From Candidatus Pacearchaeota archaeon (GTDB lineage Archaea; Nanobdellota; Nanobdellia; Pacearchaeales; GW2011-AR1), in NCBI GenBank assembly GCA_002687255.1, contig NYZR01000013.1:1-42106 (forward strand): a stretch of 42,106 bases of DNA, given 5' to 3'. This document shows positions 18,026-25,984 of this stretch, one piece after another. A program made the position numbers and the translations under genes. How positions within the stretch are numbered: position 1 is the first letter of the stretch; the number at the start of each line of letters is the position of its first letter. A model generated the notes under the pieces. It was not told the origin of the DNA. It saw only the letters and a program-made list of their open reading frames with translations, and ran no database searches.

Positions 18026-18075
18026 TCTTCATTCAGTATATGAATTCTTATAAAGCTAGTGGCTCTTTTCGGAGG

Positions 18076-18435
18076 ATGGAACTTGTTGCTTTTGTCGGGC
18101 CGGATCAGGAGAGTTGGGGGCAGATTACGGCGTTGATGAATCGGTTGCCGGAGTGTGAGAAAGTTGTTTTGGTTGTTGCCAAGGGTGTTTCTGGTTTTCC
18201 GGTTGATGGGAAGACGAACGTAGTTGAGGTTGATGCTTCGTTGCCTCTGGTGCAGTTGAAAGAGGCGATGTGGTCTGGATTGAAGAAGGAATTGGACGGA
18301 GCTTTTGAAGTTGCTGTGACCTTGGCTTCTGGAACGGGGAAAGATCATATGGCTTTGGTAGGGGCTTTGTTATCTGTTCCTGTGGGGATTCGGATTGCAG
18401 TGTTTACGAAGGAAGGGGTAAGGTTTGTTACCTAA
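18076..18435 (+). CDS. Conserved hypothetical protein, possible CARF/Rossmann-like fold
   Basis: Alternating beta/alpha pattern with VAVTLASGTGKDHMAL; GGAGG before the ATG. Confidence 0.6.
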   Translation: MELVAFVGPDQESWGQITALMNRLPECEKVVLVVAKGVSGFPVDGKTNVVEVDASLPLVQLKEAMWSGLKKELDGAFEVAVTLASGTGKDHMALVGALLSVPVGIRIAVFTKEGVRFVT

Positions 18436-19857
18436 TTATAAAAAGAGAAAGATCCACTTGACCATGAGGGCTGCTACTAACAAGAGGATGATCCAGGTTG
18501 ACCAGGCGAAGGCTTTTCGGCCGATTTTGTCGGAGCCTGTTAGGGCTGCGATGGTGAGGTAGAAGAAACGGCCGCCGTCAAAGATGCCTACAGGCAACAT
18601 GTTCACTAGGGCTACGGAGATGCAGATTAGGACAGTCCACCAGAGGAAGTTGTAGATGAACCAGCCGAAGTTTCCGAGTTCTGAAGTGTAGTAGACTTGT
18701 GGGTTTTTGATGAGGGTTCCGAGGTTGTAGACTTTGCCCATGAGGGAATCTCGGTTTTGAGGGATGGAGCCGATGCCGAGGAAAGCTACCCCTTGTCGGT
18801 CTGCTAATGTGAGAGATGTCGTGGTGATTTCGGCTTCGGTGGTTTGTGCGTCCTTAATGTAGGCTGTTCTGACAAGCACTGTTTGTCCGGGTTGGACGTG
18901 GTCACGGAGGGTGTGTTGGAGTTCTTCTAGAGAGGTGATCTCGTGATCGTCGATGTGTGTTATCGCCCCTGCGAGTTTGGCGTTAAAGGCAGGGGTGTCT
19001 GAGAAAGCTTCTATCTGTTCGATGCCTTGTTCCTGAGCTGCTTGGAAGAGTTGTGGAGAGGTGTAGTAGATTTCTTGTTCGAAGGTTATCGGTATGAGTT
19101 CTATCTCTTGATTGTGGAATTGTTGCGAGGTGAAGTTGAAGGCGGGGCCTGCTACCTGAGATTGTGCTGGCTGGATTGCAGAGACGGCGTAGGTGCTGAA
19201 GAGCACGCCGGCTGGTGTGAAGAATGCTGAGAAGAAGAGAAACATGATGATGGCGAAGAGTATTGTAGTCAAGACGTTGGCGAACGTGCCGGCTGCGAGG
19301 ATCGCCATTTGTGGCATCTTGGGAAGTTTATTCATGGCTTTTTCATCAGGCTCGACGAAGGCGGCGAGGAAGGGGCCGAGAAAGCCGAAGCCTGTGGAGT
19401 GGACTCTTAATGAGTTGAGTCGGGCGAAAATTCCGTGGGCGAATTCGTGAGGGATGGCTATGATTGCTATAATTAGGATCCAATACGTAAATGGAAAACT
19501 GGGGAGGAAGGAGATGTTGAACAGCTCTGGGAGGTAGGGGATGAGAGGGAGGAGGACGGGGACTTTGATCGCTGCGGCTGCTATCGGGGAAGTGAGGTAG
19601 ACCCAAGAGAATTGCAGGAGGAAGTAGATCATGGCCGCCATGAGGATGAATCCTGAGAGAATTACGAGGTATTGCGCTGGTTTGAGCCAGCTTGCGTGTT
19701 TTTTTGCGAACTCATCTATTCTTTTTACGCCCCATTGCGTTCGGTAGAGGTAGAGGAGGCCTTGTCTCTGCAAACGGGAGCGTTTGGCGTAGAGGAAGCC
19801 GACTACTAAGAGTGTGAATGCTGCTAAAAAGATTAGGTCGTAGATTAGGAAGCTCAT
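18436..19857 (-). CDS. Site-2 protease (M50) with PDZ-like insert
   Basis: HEFAH, AFVEPDE, AAGTFAN and NMLPVGIFDGG motifs. Confidence 0.93.
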   Translation of the reverse strand: MSFLIYDLIFLAAFTLLVVGFLYAKRSRLQRQGLLYLYRTQWGVKRIDEFAKKHASWLKPAQYLVILSGFILMAAMIYFLLQFSWVYLTSPIAAAAIKVPVLLPLIPYLPELFNISFLPSFPFTYWILIIAIIAIPHEFAHGIFARLNSLRVHSTGFGFLGPFLAAFVEPDEKAMNKLPKMPQMAILAAGTFANVLTTILFAIIMFLFFSAFFTPAGVLFSTYAVSAIQPAQSQVAGPAFNFTSQQFHNQEIELIPITFEQEIYYTSPQLFQAAQEQGIEQIEAFSDTPAFNAKLAGAITHIDDHEITSLEELQHTLRDHVQPGQTVLVRTAYIKDAQTTEAEITTTSLTLADRQGVAFLGIGSIPQNRDSLMGKVYNLGTLIKNPQVYYTSELGNFGWFIYNFLWWTVLICISVALVNMLPVGIFDGGRFFYLTIAALTGSDKIGRKAFAWSTWIILLLVAALMVKWIFLFL

Positions 19858-19940
19858 TCGTTGAGTAGTAAAGGGGGGTTTTTAAGAGTTGTTGGAGGGC
19901 TAAGACATGGTTGTAAGAAAAAAGAAGTTCATAAACCTGT

Positions 19941-20681
19941 CTAATTTTTTTGCGGAGCTTCGCTTCTTTCGGAAGCTCGCAAACCTCCAAAGACAAAGCC
20001 GAAGTCGTAGCCGTCGCTCCTGCCGTAGCCATCGACACGCAACTGGCGGAAGCCCGTGTCGGCACTCAGCCTGACAACCCGGAGGAGCGTCTCTTGTGGA
20101 ATGTCGAAGCCCCCTACATGCACACCGTTGGTGTATTGTTCATCGCTTGCGAGTTCCTTTAAATTTAATGCGGTGCCTTTGGTATGTTCGAGAATATTTG
20201 CGAGTCCTTCGCTAGCGAATTTCCCTGCCTCTTGGATCCCTCTTGTGAAGGAGTCATATTCTGCGAAGCCGAAGTCTTGTTCTCCGAGGTAGATGTGTCC
20301 GTTGCTAAAAGGGATTTTTTCTGCTTGTTCGAGCTTTTTCTTGAATTCTGCTTCGCTTCGGACGTTGACAGCCACACCCTGTGGAGTCCTGGCGATTCGT
20401 GCAAGTTGGAGAGTCCCTGGGTTGAGGATTTTTTCTTGTGCTGACTTGATATCGTATGCCATCGCTTGTATTTGCTCTGAGGAAGTAAGAGGTTCAAAGG
20501 TTACGTCTGGTTGTTTTGCAGAGTGCCAGTAATGCTTCTGCATGTTTGCTTCGTTGGGATCGAGTGTTTCTGGTCCGAAGAGTGTGATGTCTCTTTTTTG
20601 TCCGTTGATTTCTATTTCTGGGAGGAGGTGAATATCTGGGAGCGCTGGTCTTTCTTCTGCTGTTCTCATTGCATATGCCAT
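19941..20681 (-). CDS. Putative DGR variable (target) protein
   Basis: C-terminal LRVVRLSADTGFRQLRVDGYGRSDGYDFGFVFG built largely from NNC codons, followed by a hairpin at 19950-19982. Confidence 0.6.
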   Translation of the reverse strand: MAYAMRTAEERPALPDIHLLPEIEINGQKRDITLFGPETLDPNEANMQKHYWHSAKQPDVTFEPLTSSEQIQAMAYDIKSAQEKILNPGTLQLARIARTPQGVAVNVRSEAEFKKKLEQAEKIPFSNGHIYLGEQDFGFAEYDSFTRGIQEAGKFASEGLANILEHTKGTALNLKELASDEQYTNGVHVGGFDIPQETLLRVVRLSADTGFRQLRVDGYGRSDGYDFGFVFGGLRASERSEAPQKN

Positions 20682-20789
20682 TGTTTCCTTTGCTCTCTGA
20701 GGTATTTAAACTTTTCTATTTGTTGTCCTTTCTAAGTTGTGACATTTTCTGATCGGAAGACTTAAATACTTTCTGTCTTACTTTCTTAC

Positions 20790-21047
20790 ATGGATGTGGA
20801 GTTTACTCGATTGTCCTCGAAAGGACAAGTGGTTATTCCTCGGAAGATTCGGGAGTCGTTGCACTGGGAAGTGGGCACGCCGTTTCGGGTGATGAAGGAA
20901 GGTGATGCAGTGATGATTGAGAAAATTGAGTTGGGAAGGAAGTCGTGGGATGAGGTGGCTGCGCCGTTTAGGAAAGCTGCTGAGGAAGCCGAGTTTACCC
21001 AAGAGGATTTATCACAGCTCATTCGTGATGTGCGTCGAAAGAAATGA
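20790..21047 (+). CDS. AbrB/MazE-type antitoxin
   Basis: TRLSSKGQVVIPRKIRESL; TCTTAC direct repeat just upstream. Confidence 0.9.
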   Translation: MDVEFTRLSSKGQVVIPRKIRESLHWEVGTPFRVMKEGDAVMIEKIELGRKSWDEVAAPFRKAAEEAEFTQEDLSQLIRDVRRKK

Positions 21048-21460
21048 GAGTTGTGTTTGACACGAATGTCTGGCTTTCGGCGTTGTTTTGGAAGGGTGAG
21101 GCTGCTTCCTTGGTGAGATTGGCTGAACGGGGAAGAGTCGGAGTGTTCGTGAGTGAAGATTTACTTGCTGGGTTGGTTGAGGTGTTGCAGAAGGAGGCGA
21201 AGTTTCAGCAATTCTTAGGTGAGAGAAAGTTGGAGATTGAAGGGGTTGTTCGGGCGGTGCTTGATCTTGCCGATCTTGTGGATGTTCGAAGGAGGGTTTG
21301 TGTTGTTGAGGATGATCCCGATGATGACCGTGTGCTTGAGGTTGCTGTTGCTTCGGGGGCGAAGTATGTTGTTTCGTATGATCGACACTTGCTTTCTCTT
21401 GAGAAGTTTGATGGGATTGAGATGGTTCATCCAAAGGCATTTTTGGAGAGGTTATCTTAG
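21044..21460 (+). CDS. PIN-domain toxin (VapC-like)
   Basis: VVFDTNVWLSA, DPDDDRVLE and VVSYDRHLL; ATGA overlap with the antitoxin. Confidence 0.9.
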   Translation: MRVVFDTNVWLSALFWKGEAASLVRLAERGRVGVFVSEDLLAGLVEVLQKEAKFQQFLGERKLEIEGVVRAVLDLADLVDVRRRVCVVEDDPDDDRVLEVAVASGAKYVVSYDRHLLSLEKFDGIEMVHPKAFLERLS

Positions 21461-21477
21461 AGAGATTTCATGAGAGA

Positions 21478-21538
21478 GTTATTCATTACACTATTTCTTC
21501 TTCAGAGGTCTGAAAGATTTGCCTTGGCAGCCCTTGCA
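21478..21538 (-). repeat. Duplicate of the rpl40e 3' end (direct repeat of 22491-22551)
   Basis: 55/61 identical; still encodes CKGCQGKSFRPLKKK*. Confidence 0.9.
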
Positions 21539-21545
21539 AAAACAA

Positions 21546-22454
21546 TTATCCATCGAGATACTTCTCAACAATATACTGCACGAATTCCCTCTCGTCTTTT
21601 TCGATTTGGTAGAAGTCGAGGGCGTTGTAGTAGGCTTCGAGGTCGGTGACTGGGATGTCTATTGGAGGATAGTTTTTTTTCCAGAGGATCCAGTTCATGA
21701 GGAGTCGTGAGAGGCGGGAGTTGCCATCGACGAAGGGCTGGAGTGAGATGAGTTTTGCGTGCACGAGTGCGGCGAGTTCGAGCGGATGAAGTTTTCTCTG
21801 GTGTTGTGCATACCATGACAGAAATTGATCGAGTTCTTTTTCGACGTGTTGCCATTTGGGCGGCAGGTAAATCGTGCCTGCGATCTTCACGTCCCTCTTG
21901 AGTTCACTCCTGAATTTTCCGGCGATGCTGTCGTCTATCCCTGCGAGCAGTGTTTTGTGTAATTTTTTGAGGAAGGCTTTTGTGAGAGGGCCTATGTATT
22001 GGGTGATCATGAGAAACCCTTTCTCGTGGTTTTCGAGTTCTTTGGCGATGCGTAGCGATTTCATTTCCTTCGGGATGATCCCTTCCTTCAGGATGAGGAA
22101 TGTCTGTCTTAATGTGACTGGAACGCCGGAGAGTTTGCTACTGTCGTAGGTGTATCTGATCATGAACTCTTCTTGCTTTTGTTCTCTCTCGGTCTTGCTG
22201 AGTTTTTTGAGTTCCTTCTGGTATGTTTCCTTTTTGTTCTCTATGTTTTTGACTATGTCGTCAGATAGGTAACGATGATTGTCTTTTTTGATGTCGTTGA
22301 GAAATTCTTCTTTCATTTTTTTTAGGTCTTCTTCTGGTGGAAGGGTCTTGCCTATATACTTGCTCTTTTGTCTGATGTTCTTCCCCTCCCTTATGTTGTG
22401 GACGAGGATCCAATAGGATTTCCCTTTAGTTGTTATCTTTCTTGCAAAAACCAT
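21546..22454 (-). CDS. Fic family protein
   Basis: HPLELAALVHAKLISLQPFVDGNSRLSR; N-terminal YWILVHNIREGKNIRQKSKYIG domain. Confidence 0.9.
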   Translation of the reverse strand: MVFARKITTKGKSYWILVHNIREGKNIRQKSKYIGKTLPPEEDLKKMKEEFLNDIKKDNHRYLSDDIVKNIENKKETYQKELKKLSKTEREQKQEEFMIRYTYDSSKLSGVPVTLRQTFLILKEGIIPKEMKSLRIAKELENHEKGFLMITQYIGPLTKAFLKKLHKTLLAGIDDSIAGKFRSELKRDVKIAGTIYLPPKWQHVEKELDQFLSWYAQHQRKLHPLELAALVHAKLISLQPFVDGNSRLSRLLMNWILWKKNYPPIDIPVTDLEAYYNALDFYQIEKDEREFVQYIVEKYLDG

Positions 22455-22503
22455 GGGAAAGTTATTCACTACAGATATTTAAACCTTTTGGTTAGTCATT
22501 ACA

Positions 22504-22668
22504 CTACTTCTTTTTCAGCGGCCTGAAAGATTTGCCTTGGCAGCCTTTGCAGACGACTTTGCCGTTCAAGACCTTGAGGGAAGTGGTTCGGGTTTTTCGG
22601 CTGCACTTCTTGCAGACGAAGATGTTTTGGAAGAGTCGCTTTTGTGCTGCGGGGAGTTTTGTTGCCAT
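22504..22668 (-). CDS. rpl40e: 50S ribosomal protein L40e
   Basis: Manual translation MATKLPAAQKRLFQNIFVCKKC...CKGCQGKSFRPLKKK, 54 aa. Confidence 0.85.
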   Translation of the reverse strand: MATKLPAAQKRLFQNIFVCKKCSRKTRTTSLKVLNGKVVCKGCQGKSFRPLKKK

Positions 22669-22670
22669 GT

Positions 22671-22928
22671 TTATTCCCAGCCTCCTCTTTCTACCATGGT
22701 GCCGATGATGCCGTAGCCGATGATGTCTTTCCAGCTGTCTTCTCTGCTTTCTTTATCGTCTATATCTTTTTCGATCATGTTCTTGAGGCGCTCTACTTTT
22801 TCTTGGAGTCTGATGAGGATGCCTTGCTTTCCGATGCTGGTGATGTTTCCGTCGCCGTAGCTTTTGTTTTTCTCCTTGAGGAGTTCTTTTACTTCGTCTG
22901 CGATGGCTTCCATTAGTGGTTCATTCAT
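22671..22928 (-). CDS. DUF1599 / nucleotide-modification-associated domain protein
   Basis: KNKSYGD...GILIRLQEKVERLKN...ESREDSWKDIIGYGII. Confidence 0.75.
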   Translation of the reverse strand: MNEPLMEAIADEVKELLKEKNKSYGDGNITSIGKQGILIRLQEKVERLKNMIEKDIDDKESREDSWKDIIGYGIIGTMVERGGWE

Positions 22929-23317
22929 TATAGCACCCTCATGATAGCCTTGCTACCTTCGATGTCCCAGTATTCGACTTCTTTTTCTGGTGCGAGTTCT
23001 GTTTTGAGTTCTTCGTCGAAGGGGAGATCCAGGGTTTCGTAGGATTCGAGATCCATGACGGAGGCTGTAGTGTCGGAGACGGAGAGGACTTGTCCTTTCT
23101 TCTTGAGAACGAGTGGGACTTCGAATCGTTCGTGGCCTGGGACGGCGATGACTTTCTTTTTTCCGGAGAAGATTGCTTTTGCTTCGATTCGACACTTGGC
23201 GTGGCCGTGCTTTCCTGTCTTAGAAATGTCGTTGGATTTGACCGTGTAGGCTTCGCCTTCTATGGTAATGGTTGTCCCAGGTTTTGCTTGGGATGCGTCG
23301 ATTAGTTTGAGGGGCAT
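22928..23317 (-). CDS. eif5a: Translation factor aIF5A/eIF5A
   Basis: Hypusine loop SKTGKHGHAKCR. Confidence 0.95.
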   Translation of the reverse strand: MPLKLIDASQAKPGTTITIEGEAYTVKSNDISKTGKHGHAKCRIEAKAIFSGKKKVIAVPGHERFEVPLVLKKKGQVLSVSDTTASVMDLESYETLDLPFDEELKTELAPEKEVEYWDIEGSKAIMRVL

Positions 23318-23367
23318 GCTTGGGTTTGGAAGGAAAGGTTTATAAAATTATGGTGGGGTGGGGTGAT

Positions 23368-23724
23368 ATGGCAAGAATATTGGTTGTTGAGAATGAGAGA
23401 GATTATTGGCAGGTTTTAGCATGTCTCTTACAGGAAGGAGGCCATCGTCCTTCATTTGCTGAAGATGATTGCAGAGGCCTTATTAAGCTTAGAGAAAGGT
23501 CTTTTGATGTTGCATTAGTGGATATGGGGGTTTCAACGGGTTTTTCTAATCGGGCGATAAATTATGCTAATGATGAAACACAGACGGTTCCCATAATTAT
23601 GTCTGGTCATGGTCAACAAATTGTTAGAACTCATTTTTCAGAGAAAGATTTTCCTTATTTCTTTTACAAACATCGTGAGGAAGAACTTAACCAAATTATA
23701 GAAGATGCTTTGTTTTCTAGGTAG
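23368..23724 (+). CDS. Stand-alone receiver domain
   Basis: ILVVENE, FDVALVD, IIMSG and FFYK. Confidence 0.8.
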   Translation: MARILVVENERDYWQVLACLLQEGGHRPSFAEDDCRGLIKLRERSFDVALVDMGVSTGFSNRAINYANDETQTVPIIMSGHGQQIVRTHFSEKDFPYFFYKHREEELNQIIEDALFSR

Positions 23725-23835
23725 TTTTTTTAAACCCTTTTTCCCTCTATTGGTTCTGGTTAGCGTGAGGGTGTGAGTTGTGTGGAGGCATTTCAGCACG
23801 AGTATTCTTATAAACCAAGAGGTTTACCCTCTTCT

Positions 23836-24195
23836 ATGGCGTTGGTTCTTCACCTTGATGATGAGATTCCTGTTCTTGAGGCTGCCGGAAATCAGATAGG
23901 GGAACTCGGTCACAGATATGGGGGATTTCATGATGTAAATGAGGCCAAGGCTGAAATAAGGGCTAACAGGTTTGATGCCCTTATCGTTGAGCCTTCGCCC
24001 GAAGGATATTGTGGCCAAGATCCTGTTTCTGTCATCGAATTATTTAGAGAGCTACATCCTGAGTCTCCGATCCAGTTTCAGACAGTTCTGGAAGAAATAC
24101 ATGTGAAAGAGTTAATGAGGGAGTATTCTGCGACCTATAGTCAAAAGGCTACTAGTTCTCATCCCTTTGATGATTTCTTGGCGCCTCTTGATTAA
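23836..24195 (+). CDS. Receiver-like domain with Asp replaced by Glu (pseudo-receiver)
   Basis: VLHLDDE, FDALIVE, IQFQT and YSQK. Confidence 0.7.
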   Translation: MALVLHLDDEIPVLEAAGNQIGELGHRYGGFHDVNEAKAEIRANRFDALIVEPSPEGYCGQDPVSVIELFRELHPESPIQFQTVLEEIHVKELMREYSATYSQKATSSHPFDDFLAPLD

Positions 24196-24225
24196 GTGTG
24201 TCCCTTGGGACGGAAAGAGAGCATA

Positions 24226-24331
24226 GAGAACTTTGCGAAAATAGCAAAATTCTCAGAGCGAACTTTGAAAGAGCGAAATCTCGCACTTTTAGCCGCTGCG
24301 AATTTCGCAAATTGATTTATTCAAAGTTCTC
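24226..24331. mobile_element. MITE-like element
   Basis: 10-bp terminal inverted repeats GAGAACTTTG/CAAAGTTCTC, CATA on both flanks, nested internal inverted repeats. Confidence 0.55.
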
Positions 24332-24370
24332 CATACAAAAATTTATAACCTCTCATCTTCATCGTTGATT

Positions 24371-24739
24371 ATGGCAGAAGAACGTAAAGTTCATGCAGAT
24401 AGTGCGCTCATCGATGCGAGTCTTGCTCTGCCTACTGGCGTTTGTGGTGGAGTTGCAGGATTCTGTGCTAGTTACTGTTATCCCTTCGCCGTCCCTTTTG
24501 TTGTTGAAAAGATTCGAGAGGGTGTGGTTGATACCTGCACCAGGTTTGGCGCTACCGTAGGATTTTTTGCTGGTTATGGTTATGGTCTCTGGGATATCAC
24601 TCATCGGATCGTTGAGCAACCCTCAAATCCGGTTAGTTATGCTCCGATCGCTGCTAATCTTTTTTTTGGTGCGGTAGAGATTGGGGCGAGGATGGGTCGC
24701 AAATCGGAGAAAAGGTCTCAATTAGGATCTTCTAGCTAA
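24371..24739 (+). CDS. Hypothetical membrane protein
   Basis: Gly/Ala-rich hydrophobic segments; TATA at ~24342. Confidence 0.55.
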   Translation: MAEERKVHADSALIDASLALPTGVCGGVAGFCASYCYPFAVPFVVEKIREGVVDTCTRFGATVGFFAGYGYGLWDITHRIVEQPSNPVSYAPIAANLFFGAVEIGARMGRKSEKRSQLGSSS

Positions 24740-24750
24740 CATTAGTCTTT

Positions 24751-25209
24751 TTACATCTCTCCTTCTGAGTCGAGAAAGGTTACGGTATATTCTTGCATTA
24801 GTTTATAGTCTCCTACGAAAAAATGAGATCCTCTTTGTAGGGCGAGGGTTTCTACATTTCGATGATTTCTGTCCTCTAAGTAGATTCTCGGCTCTCTTCC
24901 CGGGACGAATCCCACTTTCTCTTCTTCTTCGGTAGGCAGGGCCTCTTCTTCTCTGATTACCCTTGCTGTCAGGACGGTTGAATCTAACTGAACCACCACC
25001 CTGTCCCTGCCATGATCCTCGGGAGTCTCCTCCCTTATCTCCCCCCTATCAACGAGATAGGTTGTATCTGGAAAAACCCGTTGCCCTGTTATTGTTGGAG
25101 GGCTGGGTCTGCTGTCCCTTGCATCTATTTCAAGTATTTTCTGAGGGAGATCTTCTGTTCCGGATCCGTCTTCTTCATTGGAAGGAATTCTCCAAATTGT
25201 ATAGGCCAT
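24751..25209 (-). CDS. Hypothetical protein
   Basis: 152-aa ORF with TATA-like TTTATAAAAA upstream. Confidence 0.55.
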   Translation of the reverse strand: MAYTIWRIPSNEEDGSGTEDLPQKILEIDARDSRPSPPTITGQRVFPDTTYLVDRGEIREETPEDHGRDRVVVQLDSTVLTARVIREEEALPTEEEEKVGFVPGREPRIYLEDRNHRNVETLALQRGSHFFVGDYKLMQEYTVTFLDSEGEM

Positions 25210-25273
25210 ACCCTTTTCTGTTGAAGTTTTTTATAAACGTTACTCTTTTAAACGTTCTTTTTCTGGGCTGCAC

Positions 25274-25984
25274 ATGGTTACAGTGAAGAAAGGCGATTAT
25301 GTGTCGGTGGAGTTTAGTGGTTACACGGATGGCGAGTTATTTGATTCGAATGTTGCTAAGGATTTGAAGAAGCTTGATCCGGAGGGCAAGCAAGAGGCTA
25401 AGCCTCTTGAAGTGATTGTTGGGGAGGGGATGGTTGTTCCTGGGTTTGATGCTGGGTTGGAAGGGGCCGAGGTGGGGAAGGAAAAGAAGATAGAGGTTTC
25501 TGCTGCTGAGGGTTATGGTGAGAGGCATAAGAGTCTTGTTAGGGTGATTCCGTTGAAAGTGTTTACGGAGCAGAATGTGACTCCGCAGCCAGGGATGTCT
25601 CTTATGCTTCAACAGGGAATGATGAAGATTTTGTCTGTCGGTGGCGCTCGGGTGACGGCTGATATGAATCATCCTCTTGCAGGGAAGGATTTGACTTTTA
25701 CTTTTGTGGTGAAGAAGAAGATCACTGATGAGAAAGCAAAAGTTGGGTTGGTTTTGAAGATGTTGTTTAGGCAGGTTCCTTCTCATAGGGTTGAGGATAA
25801 TGCCAAGGAAGCTAGTTCCTCGGACACCTCAAACACCAAGAAAGGTGATGGTGTTCGAGGGAGGGTTGTGGTTGAAGGGCCTAAGGCGTTGGAGCAGTTT
25901 GTTGCTGCTTTTGGGGAGAAGTTCAAGGGGTTGGTTGGGAAGGATTTGGCTTGGGAAGAGAAGGACGAAAAGAAAAGTAACTAG
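25274..25984 (+). CDS. slyD: FKBP-type peptidyl-prolyl isomerase (long archaeal SlyD type)
   Basis: GELFDSN, GEGMVVPGFD, EGYGER and DMNHPLAGKDLTF. Confidence 0.93.
   Translation: MVTVKKGDYVSVEFSGYTDGELFDSNVAKDLKKLDPEGKQEAKPLEVIVGEGMVVPGFDAGLEGAEVGKEKKIEVSAAEGYGERHKSLVRVIPLKVFTEQNVTPQPGMSLMLQQGMMKILSVGGARVTADMNHPLAGKDLTFTFVVKKKITDEKAKVGLVLKMLFRQVPSHRVEDNAKEASSSDTSNTKKGDGVRGRVVVEGPKALEQFVAAFGEKFKGLVGKDLAWEEKDEKKSN
25803..25860 (+). repeat. Two-hairpin element, copy C1 (in frame in slyD)
   Basis: CCAAGGAA-gctag-TTCCTCGG, then aca, then CCTCAAACACCA...TGGTGTTCGAGG. Confidence 0.75.
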
